A DNA stretch of 63,195 nucleotides, the filler included, from Trichomonas gallinae (taxonomy: Eukaryota): assembly GCA_008369845.1 (NCBI GenBank). It is 7 parts of 7 records of this genome, joined end to end, with 100 filler letters (N's around TTAATTAATTAA, not from the genome) between each part and the next. Parts side by side here need not be neighbours in the genome. Positions count along the whole stretch, not along the records: positions 39,378 to 55,095 come from MRSU01001006.1; positions 55,196 to 57,430 come from MRSU01001014.1; 5 more parts are not named here. One strand, written 5' to 3'. The notes under the pieces are model-generated. The model was given only the letters and a program-made list of their open reading frames with translations, had not been told where the DNA came from and searched no databases. Below are positions 45,674 to 56,811 of this stretch, piece after piece. The translations under genes were made by a program, and so were the position numbers. How positions within the stretch are numbered: the stretch's first letter is position 1; every line of letters begins with the position of its first letter.

Positions 45674-46192
45674 ATGGCAGATGATAGGAATAGCGCAGGT
45701 GTTAAGAGGCGACGTCTGTTCTCCCCGAAGGATGATCGTCAATTGGAGCAGCTAATTCGCGAGAATATCTTCACCGGGTGGAAGAATGTTGCAAAGAATA
45801 TGCCTGGATTTACTCCAAAGCAGCTAAGAGACCGCTGGCATAACTATATTTCGCCTAGGAACTCATTAAAGCCATGGACTCCCGACGAAGATCAAATTAT
45901 TATTGAAAAAGTCAATGAAATGGGTACAAAATGGTCGAAGATAGCCAGTTTTCTGCAAGGTAGGTCCGATAATGCAATAAAAAACAGATGGAACACAGTC
46001 CTAAAAGATAGTTCTCAAAATATACAAAATGAAAATACGAATCTAACAGCATCAGAGGAACTCACGTCCGAAAAATCCCAGGAAAAAGAAGTTGAGCAAT
46101 CAAAAGAACAGAATGATGAAACCCAAGGCACAAAAATTGGACTGCTTGATGATAGATTCATCGAGCGTTTCTTCGATCGAGTCTCGACATGA
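45674..46192 (+). CDS. R2R3 Myb transcription factor
   Basis: FSPKDD...WKNVA...KQLRDRWHNYISP...PWTPDED...KWSKIA...GRSDNAIKNRWN. Confidence 0.95.
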   Translation: MADDRNSAGVKRRRLFSPKDDRQLEQLIRENIFTGWKNVAKNMPGFTPKQLRDRWHNYISPRNSLKPWTPDEDQIIIEKVNEMGTKWSKIASFLQGRSDNAIKNRWNTVLKDSSQNIQNENTNLTASEELTSEKSQEKEVEQSKEQNDETQGTKIGLLDDRFIERFFDRVST

Positions 46193-46500
46193 CTTGTTTT
46201 CTGCAGCAGATGCGTTTATCGTAAGTAGTAAGCGCCATAATTCAATAGTTTAATTTCCATATTTTTTTATGCACTGGTGTTTTTAGGATAACGGGACCAA
46301 TTCATAGAAATATAGCATCTATTGGAATAGTTTTACAAGGAAATGTTCTCTAGTATTGTTTTTATTGATATTATTTGTTTGTAAATAATTTATTTGCTTA
46401 ATTCTTCATTTTTTCGCCCAAGTTTTACGACAAAAATCACTCAAAAAGCTCTAAAAAGACTAGAAATCGAAAGATATTTTTGATGTTCTAAGTAGATTTG

Positions 46501-47745
46501 ATGGAGAAAAGTTTTTTTAATCAGCTGAGTGAAGCAGATTTGAGGGGCTGGGATTGGTGTAGGTCAAGAGCTGATAAAAATGAGATAACAACTAGGAAAT
46601 TGCTGAAAAGATTCAAGAAATTATCAACAAAAAGTTTTTGTTTAACAAACGGGAGTCAAGTTGATCTTTTCGGCTTCATTTCAGTTATCGTTTCCAATAT
46701 ACCTGCACCAGAAAATCATAGACTTTCTGTATTGGCGGTAAAATTAAATGAATTTACAACTGGAATAAGAATTGAGACTTCATATCCAATCTATCTTCAT
46801 CTTGATGTTCTCAAATTTATGATATCAAAGCTTGTTTATACAAACAATGAAATAATTATCAAGAATCCAACAAATGATCCCAAAACACTGCCATTAATGA
46901 GAATAAACACGGATAAAGAGGATATTGTCATTTGCTATGACATGTCAATCAATTGTGTCTCCATGCTGTCAGCTGTTCAATCTAGTAAAAGCAATTTTTT
47001 GATCGAATTTGCGATTAGTGAAAGTATTAAATCAAACCTCTTCAACATCATTCTTGGAACGATATTGAGTTGCTTTTGGCATCCCAAACTTGATGTTTAT
47101 ATACAATTATTCCAAGAAAAATTAATAATCAAGAGATTGCCATCAAATAAGGAAGATTTCAACGAAGCGATGTGGGAAAAATCAGTTGAAATCGCCAGCA
47201 AATTCTTCGGATGTGCTGATCCTTTACTTCTAACAACAAATTATGATGTTCAAGAATTAAATCTTTCTTGCTTCGTGCAATGCCTTTTTATGAAAACTCG
47301 AAACAAATGTGGCACACTACGCTTGATGATCTTTCAAAATGGAGTCAAATTTCCATCAAGTGATCCTTTAGTAGTTGAATTAATCAATTTGCTGAGATTG
47401 CCTATCCAACTGATTCCTGATATTGATGCTTTCGATATGTATGGATTCAAATGTAATATGGTCAATCAAAAACAAAGAGATATCTTAATAATCATAAATA
47501 CTACAAGAGTTGATATGGTTTCACCAATAATGCACTGCATACAATCAGTTTTCAACAAACTGGATGAAGTTGATCCATTATGGTTCACAAAAACCAAAAT
47601 TCGAAATTATCTCGATAATTCTCTAAAAGTCATCCAAACGTTGCAAGAAAGCGCTGTAAATGTTCTTGGTATAGAAGAATCAGTCCCTTATGTATGGAAT
47701 GGATGCGCAAATGCTCTCCAGCAAAGAGCCGAAAAAAATGTTTGA
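46501..47745 (+). CDS. Hypothetical 414-aa protein, candidate TopoVIB-like (TOPOVIBL) subunit
   Basis: The ORF itself is clear (ATG at 46501). The C-terminal half has an FxN strand, a DAFDMYGF motif and long helices reminiscent of the TopoVIB transducer. The functional call is tentative. Confidence 0.4.
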   Translation: MEKSFFNQLSEADLRGWDWCRSRADKNEITTRKLLKRFKKLSTKSFCLTNGSQVDLFGFISVIVSNIPAPENHRLSVLAVKLNEFTTGIRIETSYPIYLHLDVLKFMISKLVYTNNEIIIKNPTNDPKTLPLMRINTDKEDIVICYDMSINCVSMLSAVQSSKSNFLIEFAISESIKSNLFNIILGTILSCFWHPKLDVYIQLFQEKLIIKRLPSNKEDFNEAMWEKSVEIASKFFGCADPLLLTTNYDVQELNLSCFVQCLFMKTRNKCGTLRLMIFQNGVKFPSSDPLVVELINLLRLPIQLIPDIDAFDMYGFKCNMVNQKQRDILIIINTTRVDMVSPIMHCIQSVFNKLDEVDPLWFTKTKIRNYLDNSLKVIQTLQESAVNVLGIEESVPYVWNGCANALQQRAEKNV

Positions 47746-47947
47746 CACTGTAAATTTTTATTTGTCATAACAAATAAATAATTGACATTGTAAAAATTTA
47801 TATGTCAAATATATATATGTGCCAAACATTCGTCACTTTTATTTTAATGACAAGAAGCTATAAATTATAAGAATTATTTTTTTGCAAAAGCATTATGAAA
47901 CGAAAAAACCGTTTTTCTATTCAAAAAAAAAAAAAAAAAAAAGCAAA

Positions 47948-49261
47948 ATGTCAGAGAAAGCTTATGCGAGGTTTATAAGTTGTTTTCCTGATATTGAAGA
48001 CCTATCGGACAAGCTTAATGGCCTTGAAGACGGAAAGTCTCTCATCAAAATTTGGAATTATATGTTTGTTGATAACTTAGATATTACAGAAAACGCAGAT
48101 GAAAACGCGACAAAGTTGTGTGAAAAGATAAGAACAACAAAATATAAAATACAGCCAATTAACAAATCATTTAATCGCGAGCAATTAAATACAATTATTA
48201 GAATTTTATATCTTTTGATTGACGAATCACCTAAATCAGCAGAAATACAGGAAAAGGTTGCAGCTTTAGGTGTTTCAGTTACTATCTTCCTGAAGAAAAT
48301 TAATCCGACAATGATAAATGTTGAGCAAGAAGCCGAGACACCAAGGAAATCAAGAGAATCGGGATCTACAGATAAAGAGAAGGAGATAGAAAAGCTTAAT
48401 CAAGAAATTGAAGAAGCAGAACAAAAGCTTCAGCAGCTTGAAATGCTGAAAAAGGACAGAGAGAACATACAGATCTCTATTGATACGACGGAGAAGCTAA
48501 TTACTAGAGTTGAAAAAGATTCAGAAAAATTGCAAAAAGATCTCGAAGATCAGCAGCGAAATTACAATGAAATTCAGCAGGAAATCACAAGTATAAAGAA
48601 TGAAATTCATGAAAGTGATCCTAAAAATATCGAAATCAAGAATCATTTAAAGGAAGTCGATAAATATAAGGATGTTTTACAGGAATTTCGTGTTTACAAG
48701 TCTAAAAGCGCAGAGATACAAGAAATCCAAAATGAAATTGATAAGTATAAGAAAGAAAACCAAGCAATATTAAATAAAATTAATATCAACAAAGAAAACT
48801 TGCAAACAGCAATAGAACTCGATTATAAATACGAAGTTGAGCAAGATATTGAACCAGCAGAAGTCAAAGAAGATGTTGGACTGAATGAATTATTAACAAT
48901 GATTACGGAGCTTCAAATCGAAATGTTCGAGGCAGATTTCCATTTCAATCCTCGTCTGAACTATGATGAAGAGAAAATAAGACTCGAAAAACAAATCGAA
49001 GAACTTGAAGCAACGAAAGCAGAATTGCAGCTTAAAGTTGATGACGTAAATAAGCAAAGGGAGCAAATTCAAGCTGTCGTGAAAAGTATGGCTGACAATG
49101 CTGAAAATGCTAATGAAAATATCAATGATATTATTAGTTATATCCATGCTAAAAACCAGGAGATTACAACACTGGCAACTATTTCAACACTACTCAAAAA
49201 GAAGAATGCTAAGAAAACACTTAACATTAATTATCGAAATTATATCTACAACACAAACTAG
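47948..49261 (+). CDS. Long coiled-coil protein with N-terminal HOOK/calponin-homology-like domain
   Basis: LEDGKSLIKIWNYM resembles the CH/HOOK LxDG motif and is followed by a heptad-rich region. ATG at 47948 follows a poly-A tract. Confidence 0.65.
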   Translation: MSEKAYARFISCFPDIEDLSDKLNGLEDGKSLIKIWNYMFVDNLDITENADENATKLCEKIRTTKYKIQPINKSFNREQLNTIIRILYLLIDESPKSAEIQEKVAALGVSVTIFLKKINPTMINVEQEAETPRKSRESGSTDKEKEIEKLNQEIEEAEQKLQQLEMLKKDRENIQISIDTTEKLITRVEKDSEKLQKDLEDQQRNYNEIQQEITSIKNEIHESDPKNIEIKNHLKEVDKYKDVLQEFRVYKSKSAEIQEIQNEIDKYKKENQAILNKININKENLQTAIELDYKYEVEQDIEPAEVKEDVGLNELLTMITELQIEMFEADFHFNPRLNYDEEKIRLEKQIEELEATKAELQLKVDDVNKQREQIQAVVKSMADNAENANENINDIISYIHAKNQEITTLATISTLLKKKNAKKTLNINYRNYIYNTN

Positions 49262-49657
49262 GAATTTATGTTATAATTTTCATAATATACTGCCTACATA
49301 ATATATTTCTAGTACTTATTTTGATTAATTTTAATTATTTTATCAAATTTTTTTAAGCGAAGCAACTTGTTTAACTTGGAGCAGTAATGTTGGTAAAAAT
49401 TGTATTATTGCATAAATCTAATATGATATATTTAATACTTTTGAAAATTGTTTCAAATTTCTAAATTTGAACAATAAGATCAGCATAAGCTTTAATATTT
49501 ATTATTTTTAAAAATTTTATTACAGGAAATGAGCGGAATTTGCTAAATTTCATTCAAAATTAAAATCAATCTGCGATAAAACTGAGTAAACCATATATAA
49601 ATAAAAGCAAACAACAGAAAATTTACAAATAATAAACAAATAATAAATAAAATAGTA

Positions 49658-52567
49658 TTAGATTGTCCTTGTTGAAACGAAGTCGTAAAGGTCTTTAAAG
49701 TCAGACATGTCGCATGGATTGACAGTGCACATGTGCTCGATCGCATTGTACAAGTTTCTTGCAATGTTCGCCTTCTTTCCAGGGACAACATCGCTAGGAA
49801 TAGCATTCGATGGAACAAGAAATAGAATTCCGTGGAATGTTTCCTTTTCTGTCAATAACCCTCTGCATATGAACCACTTAGGCTCATCGAACTTGATGAT
49901 GTAAGGCATGTGAACAACACCTGTAGCAATCTGTGCTTCTAACTTCATCCTGTGCTCAGGGACAATGACGTGTTGAAGTGAAGTGAGAGAAAATCTCGTG
50001 ATTTCGACACCGCCTGGACTTTTCGTGTAGATTCCATCACCTGTTTCGTTGACGTTGTACGTCCATGGGATGATATGTCCTGTTGGATTGACGCCGTCCA
50101 ATGCGTGTTTGTACATCGATGATTTCAGCGCAATGTAGTTTTCTTCCATAAGAGATGTGCCAGAAACGGAAAGAATTCCATTGACAAACATGATATCAAC
50201 AAGAAGTGGTTTGATGAGTGGCACTTCATAGTAATAGGCTATGATTGTCGCATGACCAGTTTTGAGTGCCTCCGTGACAGCATTCATGAAATCTCTTGCG
50301 TGTTTCCTATATAAGCTTCCCGCAAGAACTTCGAGATGTCGTCTGCATTTAGGTGCATACAACAATTCTTGCGGTGGTGTCCAGTCTGTGAATGGCTGTG
50401 TTTTCACAAGTATTCTGAACTCTGTGTATGTGTCTCTTGCGATATCAATCAATGTGAATCCAGTAGTTTTCGTGACGTCGTCTTTTGGATGACAATATAA
50501 GTTATCAATCAATTCAGGGCAAGCTTTAGTGAATCCGAATGATGGGTATATAAAGAAGTCGCCGCTATTACCTGCTGGAACAGATGCACCGAGCATTGGA
50601 ATTCCAGACTTTTTGACGAATCTTAAAATCGGTTTAGGTTCTACCGAGAAGCTATTCAACTCTTTCTTCGTCAAAACTTTCGTCATCATCGAAAAATCTT
50701 CTGGCGGCAACTCTCCGAAGAATCTCTGCATTATTAGTCTGAAATCAAGTGTCTTATCTTTTCCTATCACCCTCTGTAGATTGAGCATCACTGCACCCAT
50801 CATCGATGACATTAGTTTATCATCTCCGTATAGATTAGGTTTGTATATATATGTTATGTCTCTCATCATGCACGTCAAAACGTTGACATTCCTTTTGACG
50901 TCGAACAGGTTCATAGCGTTCACTGCTATGAATCTCCTATCCGAATACGAAAGCCAGACCGGACAAACGAACTTTATGCAAAGTCTTTTGTCAACCATGT
51001 GTGGCTCCAAGCGTTTATAGATTAAGTAAATGGACTCTTTTGTCACTGGTTCATCGAACAATGTTCCTTTGACCCAGTCTATCTTTCCTTCGATTACTTC
51101 GAAGTATGCAATATTCAAATTAAGGAATGACGTGAGAACAGCATCTACATCTTCGTTTTGGCCTCTGGATATAAACGTAGAATGATTGTGTGCGATAAGC
51201 ATAGTAAGAATCGCGTGGGAATTATACTCAATTGATCTGAGAATCGAAGAACTTGCTTCTGCAGCTATTAAACATATATATCTTGTTGTCTCAACTGTGA
51301 TAGAATGGACGCCAATTCTAAATTCGCCTGAATTCCATCTTAATAAATCACCATCTTTAATTTCATTGTTTTTGAATCTTTCTAGTGTTTTGTTATACTC
51401 GTCATCTAGCCTTTTATCGTTGCAAAAGCGAGCAATTGTTCTTAATTGTCCATTTTCTAATATATCAATAATAATCGCTTTGTAATTTAATCTTGTGTAG
51501 AAGCTTGAGATGCTACTGATGAAATTGGATGCATCTGGTTTGCCTTTAAGTCCATTGTACAGACAGATTTCCTGAATTGAAATAATTCGTTCAATTTCAA
51601 GTCCTTGTCTTCCTAATGCAAAAGTATTTCTGTCCTCGCTTTTCATTGTTATCGTGCAGTCCTGTCGATCAATTTTCAAGTTATAAGAAGCAGAAGCTGA
51701 TCTATCTGAATTAAATTTCAACGTAGCAGTCACAGGCAATCTTTTATCAGTAATGTAGTCATTCATTCTTGTTCCATCTTCTTGTGTCTGACAATCAAAA
51801 GTCCTTGACTCGCAGTAAAGATGAAAAATCGTGATCATTATTATATTTGAGCCAATTGGCTCGAAAATAATCTTGTAAAGTGTTGTAATTTCTTCCATGA
51901 ACACGTTATGAGCTGAGTGGTGCTCTTCTGAGTGTCTACAATTGTAAGATAAAATATTGATAATTGATTTTGGTAGATAAGAAGGTACTGGGGTTAAAAG
52001 ATGCCCACTAGTCGAGCAAAATATTATAGTGAAGCTGTTCTCTTTGGTTGATTGTAATTTTAGAGGAATTTTCTTTGATAATATATTTATAGCAACAATA
52101 ATAAGCAATATTGGTAAAATCACAGCGTTTGTGAATCGTATGAACAAAAGTGGTCGTGCGAGTTGGCAGTTATAGTGAGTATTCGTCGAAGTAAAATTTT
52201 CTAAGTGTTTTACATGAATAAAATCACTATATTTTATGTTTGTTGGCTTTATGTATTCATTAGAAACCAAATATTTAGCATCTTTTCGAAAACCAGGCGT
52301 AATTTCGAAACCTTTATCTACGAATTCTTTAATAACCCTGAGATCGGCAAAATTCACTAAGGAAATTACATTATTTTCGATGGATGAGTTCTTGTTCATA
52401 TAAGAATGGTACGATATTGACCTTCTTGATAAACAATTTCCCAATATTGGGTCAAAATGCACCGAAAATACTGTATCCTTGGCACTTGAGAGTTTAGATA
52501 TCGATGACAGTTGCCTGATATCCAAATTCCCAGTAATTGCCAGGAAAAACATAAAAATGAAAAACAT
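49658..52567 (-). CDS. Single-pass membrane protein (signal peptide, TM, large cytoplasmic region with PAS/GAF-like segments)
   Basis: Signal MFFIFMFFLA; TM AVILPILLIIVAINIL; PAS-like ends CMMRDITY and KWFICRG...HGILF. Confidence 0.65.
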   Translation of the reverse strand: MFFIFMFFLAITGNLDIRQLSSISKLSSAKDTVFSVHFDPILGNCLSRRSISYHSYMNKNSSIENNVISLVNFADLRVIKEFVDKGFEITPGFRKDAKYLVSNEYIKPTNIKYSDFIHVKHLENFTSTNTHYNCQLARPLLFIRFTNAVILPILLIIVAINILSKKIPLKLQSTKENSFTIIFCSTSGHLLTPVPSYLPKSIINILSYNCRHSEEHHSAHNVFMEEITTLYKIIFEPIGSNIIMITIFHLYCESRTFDCQTQEDGTRMNDYITDKRLPVTATLKFNSDRSASASYNLKIDRQDCTITMKSEDRNTFALGRQGLEIERIISIQEICLYNGLKGKPDASNFISSISSFYTRLNYKAIIIDILENGQLRTIARFCNDKRLDDEYNKTLERFKNNEIKDGDLLRWNSGEFRIGVHSITVETTRYICLIAAEASSSILRSIEYNSHAILTMLIAHNHSTFISRGQNEDVDAVLTSFLNLNIAYFEVIEGKIDWVKGTLFDEPVTKESIYLIYKRLEPHMVDKRLCIKFVCPVWLSYSDRRFIAVNAMNLFDVKRNVNVLTCMMRDITYIYKPNLYGDDKLMSSMMGAVMLNLQRVIGKDKTLDFRLIMQRFFGELPPEDFSMMTKVLTKKELNSFSVEPKPILRFVKKSGIPMLGASVPAGNSGDFFIYPSFGFTKACPELIDNLYCHPKDDVTKTTGFTLIDIARDTYTEFRILVKTQPFTDWTPPQELLYAPKCRRHLEVLAGSLYRKHARDFMNAVTEALKTGHATIIAYYYEVPLIKPLLVDIMFVNGILSVSGTSLMEENYIALKSSMYKHALDGVNPTGHIIPWTYNVNETGDGIYTKSPGGVEITRFSLTSLQHVIVPEHRMKLEAQIATGVVHMPYIIKFDEPKWFICRGLLTEKETFHGILFLVPSNAIPSDVVPGKKANIARNLYNAIEHMCTVNPCDMSDFKDLYDFVSTRTI

Positions 52568-53574
52568 AAATTTTTTTAGAAATAATTACGTTAGACTTTG
52601 AATATCTATAACAGACAATTCGGTTCCTTCTGCTGTTGCTGTTTTTATCAAAATTAGCCGAACAAATTGATTTTATGCTTCCTTTTGAAATTTGTTTTTT
52701 GATTGTGAGATCATTACTCCATTGACATTGTTAAATATAAATCGAAAATAAAAAAATTAAATGGGAAGAAATATTTGTTTAAATAGTGTTTTTATATATA
52801 AATCAATGAAAAAATTTTTGAATTTGTTAAATAATTGAGTGGAAAATTATCGTATGTTTAGAAAAAATATAAAATTGAATTGAAAAAATTGAAAGCAATT
52901 TTTAAATTTTTGTATTTTGATTTTTGATGTTATTTGACTGTATTGCTGTTAATAACATGCCAGAGTGCTGCATTATTCGTTAATAATATTGATATTTTCG
53001 CTTTTAACGGTATTTGCTATTTTTTCATTGCAATTCTCGGCATTAAACCACTTTGTTCCTGCCATGCATACCGATAGATTTTTGTTTCTGCGATGACAAT
53101 TTTCAAAAATCAAAAAATCAGATTCTCAATCATGGTAAGCTCTTGCTAAAACTATATAGTTAACTAACAATCAACTTATTGATCTCGATAAATTAAATGT
53201 TCATCGCGTTCTTCCAACCAAAAGCTTTAATATTAATATTCGTCGATAATAGATCAATGATATTATCTCTTTAATTAATAAAAAATTAGAAACATCCAAT
53301 CGATATAAATCATATTTACTAGCTAATAAAGCGCGTATTTAGTGATTTTAAATAGAAAAAATTTTATCTCAATATCTGAGCTTTATGTTTAGGATTTATT
53401 ATTTTTACACGAAGTAGAATCATATTCAATAAGAATACATTTGATAAAATGTGATGAATTTAATTTTGATTTATAAAACTTGATATTTGAAGCTGGTAAA
53501 TGAAAGTTGGGAAGGAAATGGAATATTATATATATATATTTTAAAGACTGTTTAACAAAATTAAAAAAATAAAA

Positions 53575-54327
53575 TTATTGCAACAAGAAAAGTGGTTCAT
53601 GCAATAATTCAGGTGTAGTTGTGGCTATTGTAACCGTCTGTGCATATCTTCTGAGAACTGAGGTCAGTTTACTCTTGCATTGGACGGCTGTGAGATTTGG
53701 TTCAACTTTGAGGAGTTTCATCAAGTTGTATGTAAACATGCCTTGTTCTTCTCTATCTGCCACTGTCTGCTTTGCGGTTTGCTTGTCATTCGAAGCAGAA
53801 ACAGAAATCATGTTCTCTGGGAAGTGAATTCCCTTCTCGCCATCATCCTGGAGGTCCCAGATTGAACCAGAGTGGCAGCAGTCAGACACGAAGACGACCT
53901 TCGAGTCGTTGTGTTTGCTCTGACAAACGCTAGCGATTAAATCGTCATCGACTGCATTTCCGTCAACAAAAACGAGGCATTCGTCAGATCCGTCGTCTTC
54001 GTCACCGTTTAAGTCTGGCTGGTATGTTCCGTGACCTACGTAGTAAACGACTAGCTCTCTTTTTGTGTTTTCGAGGAAATAATCTAATTTATCCATAAAT
54101 GCTTGCTTCTTAGAGTCCAATACGTAATATACTTGGAAGCCGAATTGCTTGAGGCATTTAGCCATGTGGTATCCATCATTCATTGGGCCATCGCCGAGAG
54201 AATATCTTGTTCCAAGATAGCAATTGATGACAACATAGCCAACCCTGCTTAAATTCTTTGGTAGCTTGGAAACAGGGACGTTTGTGATATCTGTACCTAC
54301 CTTCTTAATGTTCTGCCTCGCTGACAT
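53575..54327 (-). CDS. Metacaspase (clan CD, family C14)
   Basis: Catalytic dyad motifs YYVGHGT and VSDCCHSG, plus DEDDGSDECLV and GMFTY. Confidence 0.95.
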   Translation of the reverse strand: MSARQNIKKVGTDITNVPVSKLPKNLSRVGYVVINCYLGTRYSLGDGPMNDGYHMAKCLKQFGFQVYYVLDSKKQAFMDKLDYFLENTKRELVVYYVGHGTYQPDLNGDEDDGSDECLVFVDGNAVDDDLIASVCQSKHNDSKVVFVSDCCHSGSIWDLQDDGEKGIHFPENMISVSASNDKQTAKQTVADREEQGMFTYNLMKLLKVEPNLTAVQCKSKLTSVLRRYAQTVTIATTTPELLHEPLFLLQ

Positions 54328-54989
54328 CTATGATATATGAATAAAAAAAATTAACAGCGATAATTGAATGAAAATTATCGTCAAAAACGGATTTTTTAAT
54401 TTTGTTGAATCCATGACTATTATGGATTGTGTCTAAAATATTCCATCGTTTGGTTTATTTTACAAAATAAGGTTAAATTGTCAAATATTCCTATTCTGGG
54501 GTTTTCGCTCCATGACTTTAAAACAAGCATAGTCATGAGGGAATGAATCAATTTGCAAAATAAAACCTTAAAAATCTTCAAAATTGCGAATAAAATAATT
54601 CATCTTGCGTTAAAAGAGGAATAGATTGATGTGCGCTATGTAGATTGATGGAAAACTGGTTTGAGTGGCCAAAATTTATAAGAATATCAACTCTCAATTG
54701 TAAACTTTTCAAAAAATAGTCAAATCGTTGCATGGATATATACTTATAGTCCCATAGTTCATGAAAACAAGAAATTAAACGACTTTAAATATATTATTTG
54801 GTTATATATTTGTTGGATAAATTCTGAAACAAATTTGGCGATGATATTCTTAATATAACCAACAAATTTGCTATTTATGAAAGAAAATGAATGTCAAGCT
54901 TGTCTATTATATGGTTATATGAGATACAATGAAATAAATCTTATGGAATTTCATTCAAGACTGTCTTTGAGTTATCATTACTAAAAATT

Positions 54990-55095
54990 TTATTCGGCAT
55001 TTGTTTCGATCTTTTTGATGACACGTGCTGGGTTTCCAACGGCAACTGAGTTAGCTGGGATGTCTTTGACGACAACAGAACCGGCACCAATGACG
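54990..55095 (-). CDS. Maltose/galactoside O-acetyltransferase (hexapeptide-repeat) C-terminus, truncated by gap
   Basis: Minus strand reads [34 protein letters not shown]. Confidence 0.85.
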
Positions 55096-55195
55096 NNNNN
55101 NNNNNNNNNNNNNNNNNNNNNNNNNNNNNNNNNNNNNNNTTAATTAATTAANNNNNNNNNNNNNNNNNNNNNNNNNNNNNNNNNNNNNNNNNNNN
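55096..55195. other. Artificial scaffold linker
   Basis: 44N-TTAATTAATTAA-44N. Confidence 0.98.
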
Positions 55196-55776
55196 GTAAC
55201 AAAAATCATCAAAAGAACTCATCATGATGATTTTTATCTCAATTTAATTATTGCATCTCCCTTATTTGATTGCTTTTTGCAGTTTCAATTTAATAAAACT
55301 AATATTCAATCAAATATATGAATAGATTAATAAATATAGGTTTTCTTTAATTCTTTAGTTCATCAAAATTGATATTGTTTGATAAAGAAATCTGATTTAT
55401 AAAATTTATAAAATTCTCGATTGAACACATTCAAATTAATTATCCAAGTTTAAACAATCGATTATTTTTGAGATTATCAGTTTCATAATAAAATGAGCAT
55501 GAACGAATTGAAAAAAATATTTTTTAAAAAGATAATTTAACTTTATTCATCAATTTTACAATTTTGCGTAAATTCAATAATGGAAATTCTTTATTTAATA
55601 AGTCATATTTCAATACAAAATTACATTCTTTGTTATCTTATGGTTCTCATACTGTTTGCATAGATAGATATTTTTGCATTGTGTTGAGGAAAAAAGTTTC
55701 AAAAAGTGACTAAACCGTTGTCAAATACAACAAAAACGTTGTCAAATTTTGGATAAAGTCACTTTTTAATTTTTGA

Positions 55777-56811
55777 ATGTTAATTTCAATTCCATCGTGA
55801 TGGATATGTTTTATATATTCATCACGAGATTGGTCACATTTCTACAATGATTCATCACCATCATTTATTGTTAAGAAGAGGCGGAATTCGTTTGTTAACA
55901 GCTCAGATTCTAGTTATTATTTACACCTTTGCTTATTCATTGGAGAGAAGAGCAGTTCAATCAATATCAGCTCTAGTTCATCATCCACAATCCTTCTTGT
56001 TGAAGACACAGCTTTCTCTAGATGCTTCAGTCCAAGTGATGGTGGCAACATCATTTTCACGAAAAATGGACATTTCATACAGCTCAGAGTCTGCAGCTAC
56101 AGATCTAAATCTTGGAAAGAAGGCGTCTACTGCAAAGTCCAGTCATCCAAAGAAAACAGTATCATCATCCTCGACACTTCGATCACGCATTCGGGTGATG
56201 ACTCAGGCGAAGGATATAGCAACATATACTGCCACGGCAATGTGAACATCTCTAGGACGAACAACTCTTTCTCTCGAATTAATTATCGATGCTTCTTCGA
56301 ATTCAAATCCATATTCAAAGAATCATTTGTTTCTTTCTCGTCTTTCTCTAATAATACGCAAGTACTGAGTGGGATGCATGTCGCTAATGCCATTGGGATC
56401 TCAACTGTTCCATTCATTGTTCGCTTTTGCAATATTTTGAACACCACTGGTAGTGCTTTTGTTATTTTACGCTCTGAGAAACTCAACACAATCCTTTCGA
56501 ACTGCAGCTTTAAAGGGAACGACGAAGTAAAGAATAGGTTTCTAATCGTTAGTGGCACGATGATCGTTGAATACTGCTACATCGCAGATAACATAAGCGA
56601 CTATCCAGGAACTACACCAGATGTTCGATATCCACAGACACCATTCCAAACAGCTCTTTTGTCTCATTTCTCATCTCGTTCATGCGAAGCAGAGTTTCCC
56701 ATTTTATACAAGTTACCAGTTTTGGGAGAAACAGAATATTATAATTTTTCACATATTTTCCTCCAAATGTCACCATTTTTCGATTGCTTCTTTTCAGTTA
56801 ATAGACATTAA
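55777..56811 (+). CDS. Beta-helix-like (pectin-lyase/Pmp-like) surface-type protein; main frame 55801-56811 open but separated from ATG 55777 by TGA 55798
   Basis: Reads MLISIPS*WICFIYSSRDWSHFYND...LLVEDTAFSRCFSPSDGGNIIF...FIQLRVCSY..., continuous in frame with the track ORF 56242-56811. Inr TCACT at 55759. Confidence 0.7.
55795..55827 (+). promoter_or_regulatory. Conserved 5' RNA hairpin, copy 1
   Basis: TCGTGATGGATAT-GTTTTAT-ATATTCATCACGA forms a 13-bp stem with one G-U pair. Confidence 0.7.

Noticed and set aside
47882..47947. N-terminal poly-Lys extension of the coiled-coil protein
   Set aside because: It starts at TTG and derives from an upstream poly-A tract. ATG 47948 is the plausible start. 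Other TTG/GTG track starts were corrected similarly.
55798..55800. Selenocysteine or simple UGA readthrough
   Set aside because: The paralog has two TAG and two TGA codons in the same frame, so single-codon readthrough cannot explain both copies. No SECIS was recognised.
55779..55828. Spliceosomal intron (GT after AT, ending ...CACGAG) explaining the start-less ORF
   Set aside because: The conserved trichomonad ACTAACACACAG 3' motif is absent, and splicing there would not regenerate an in-frame ATG.
55847..56245. 132-aa track ORF (MIHHHHLL...)
   Set aside because: It is an alternative frame over the real coding frame, which is the one conserved in the paralog.
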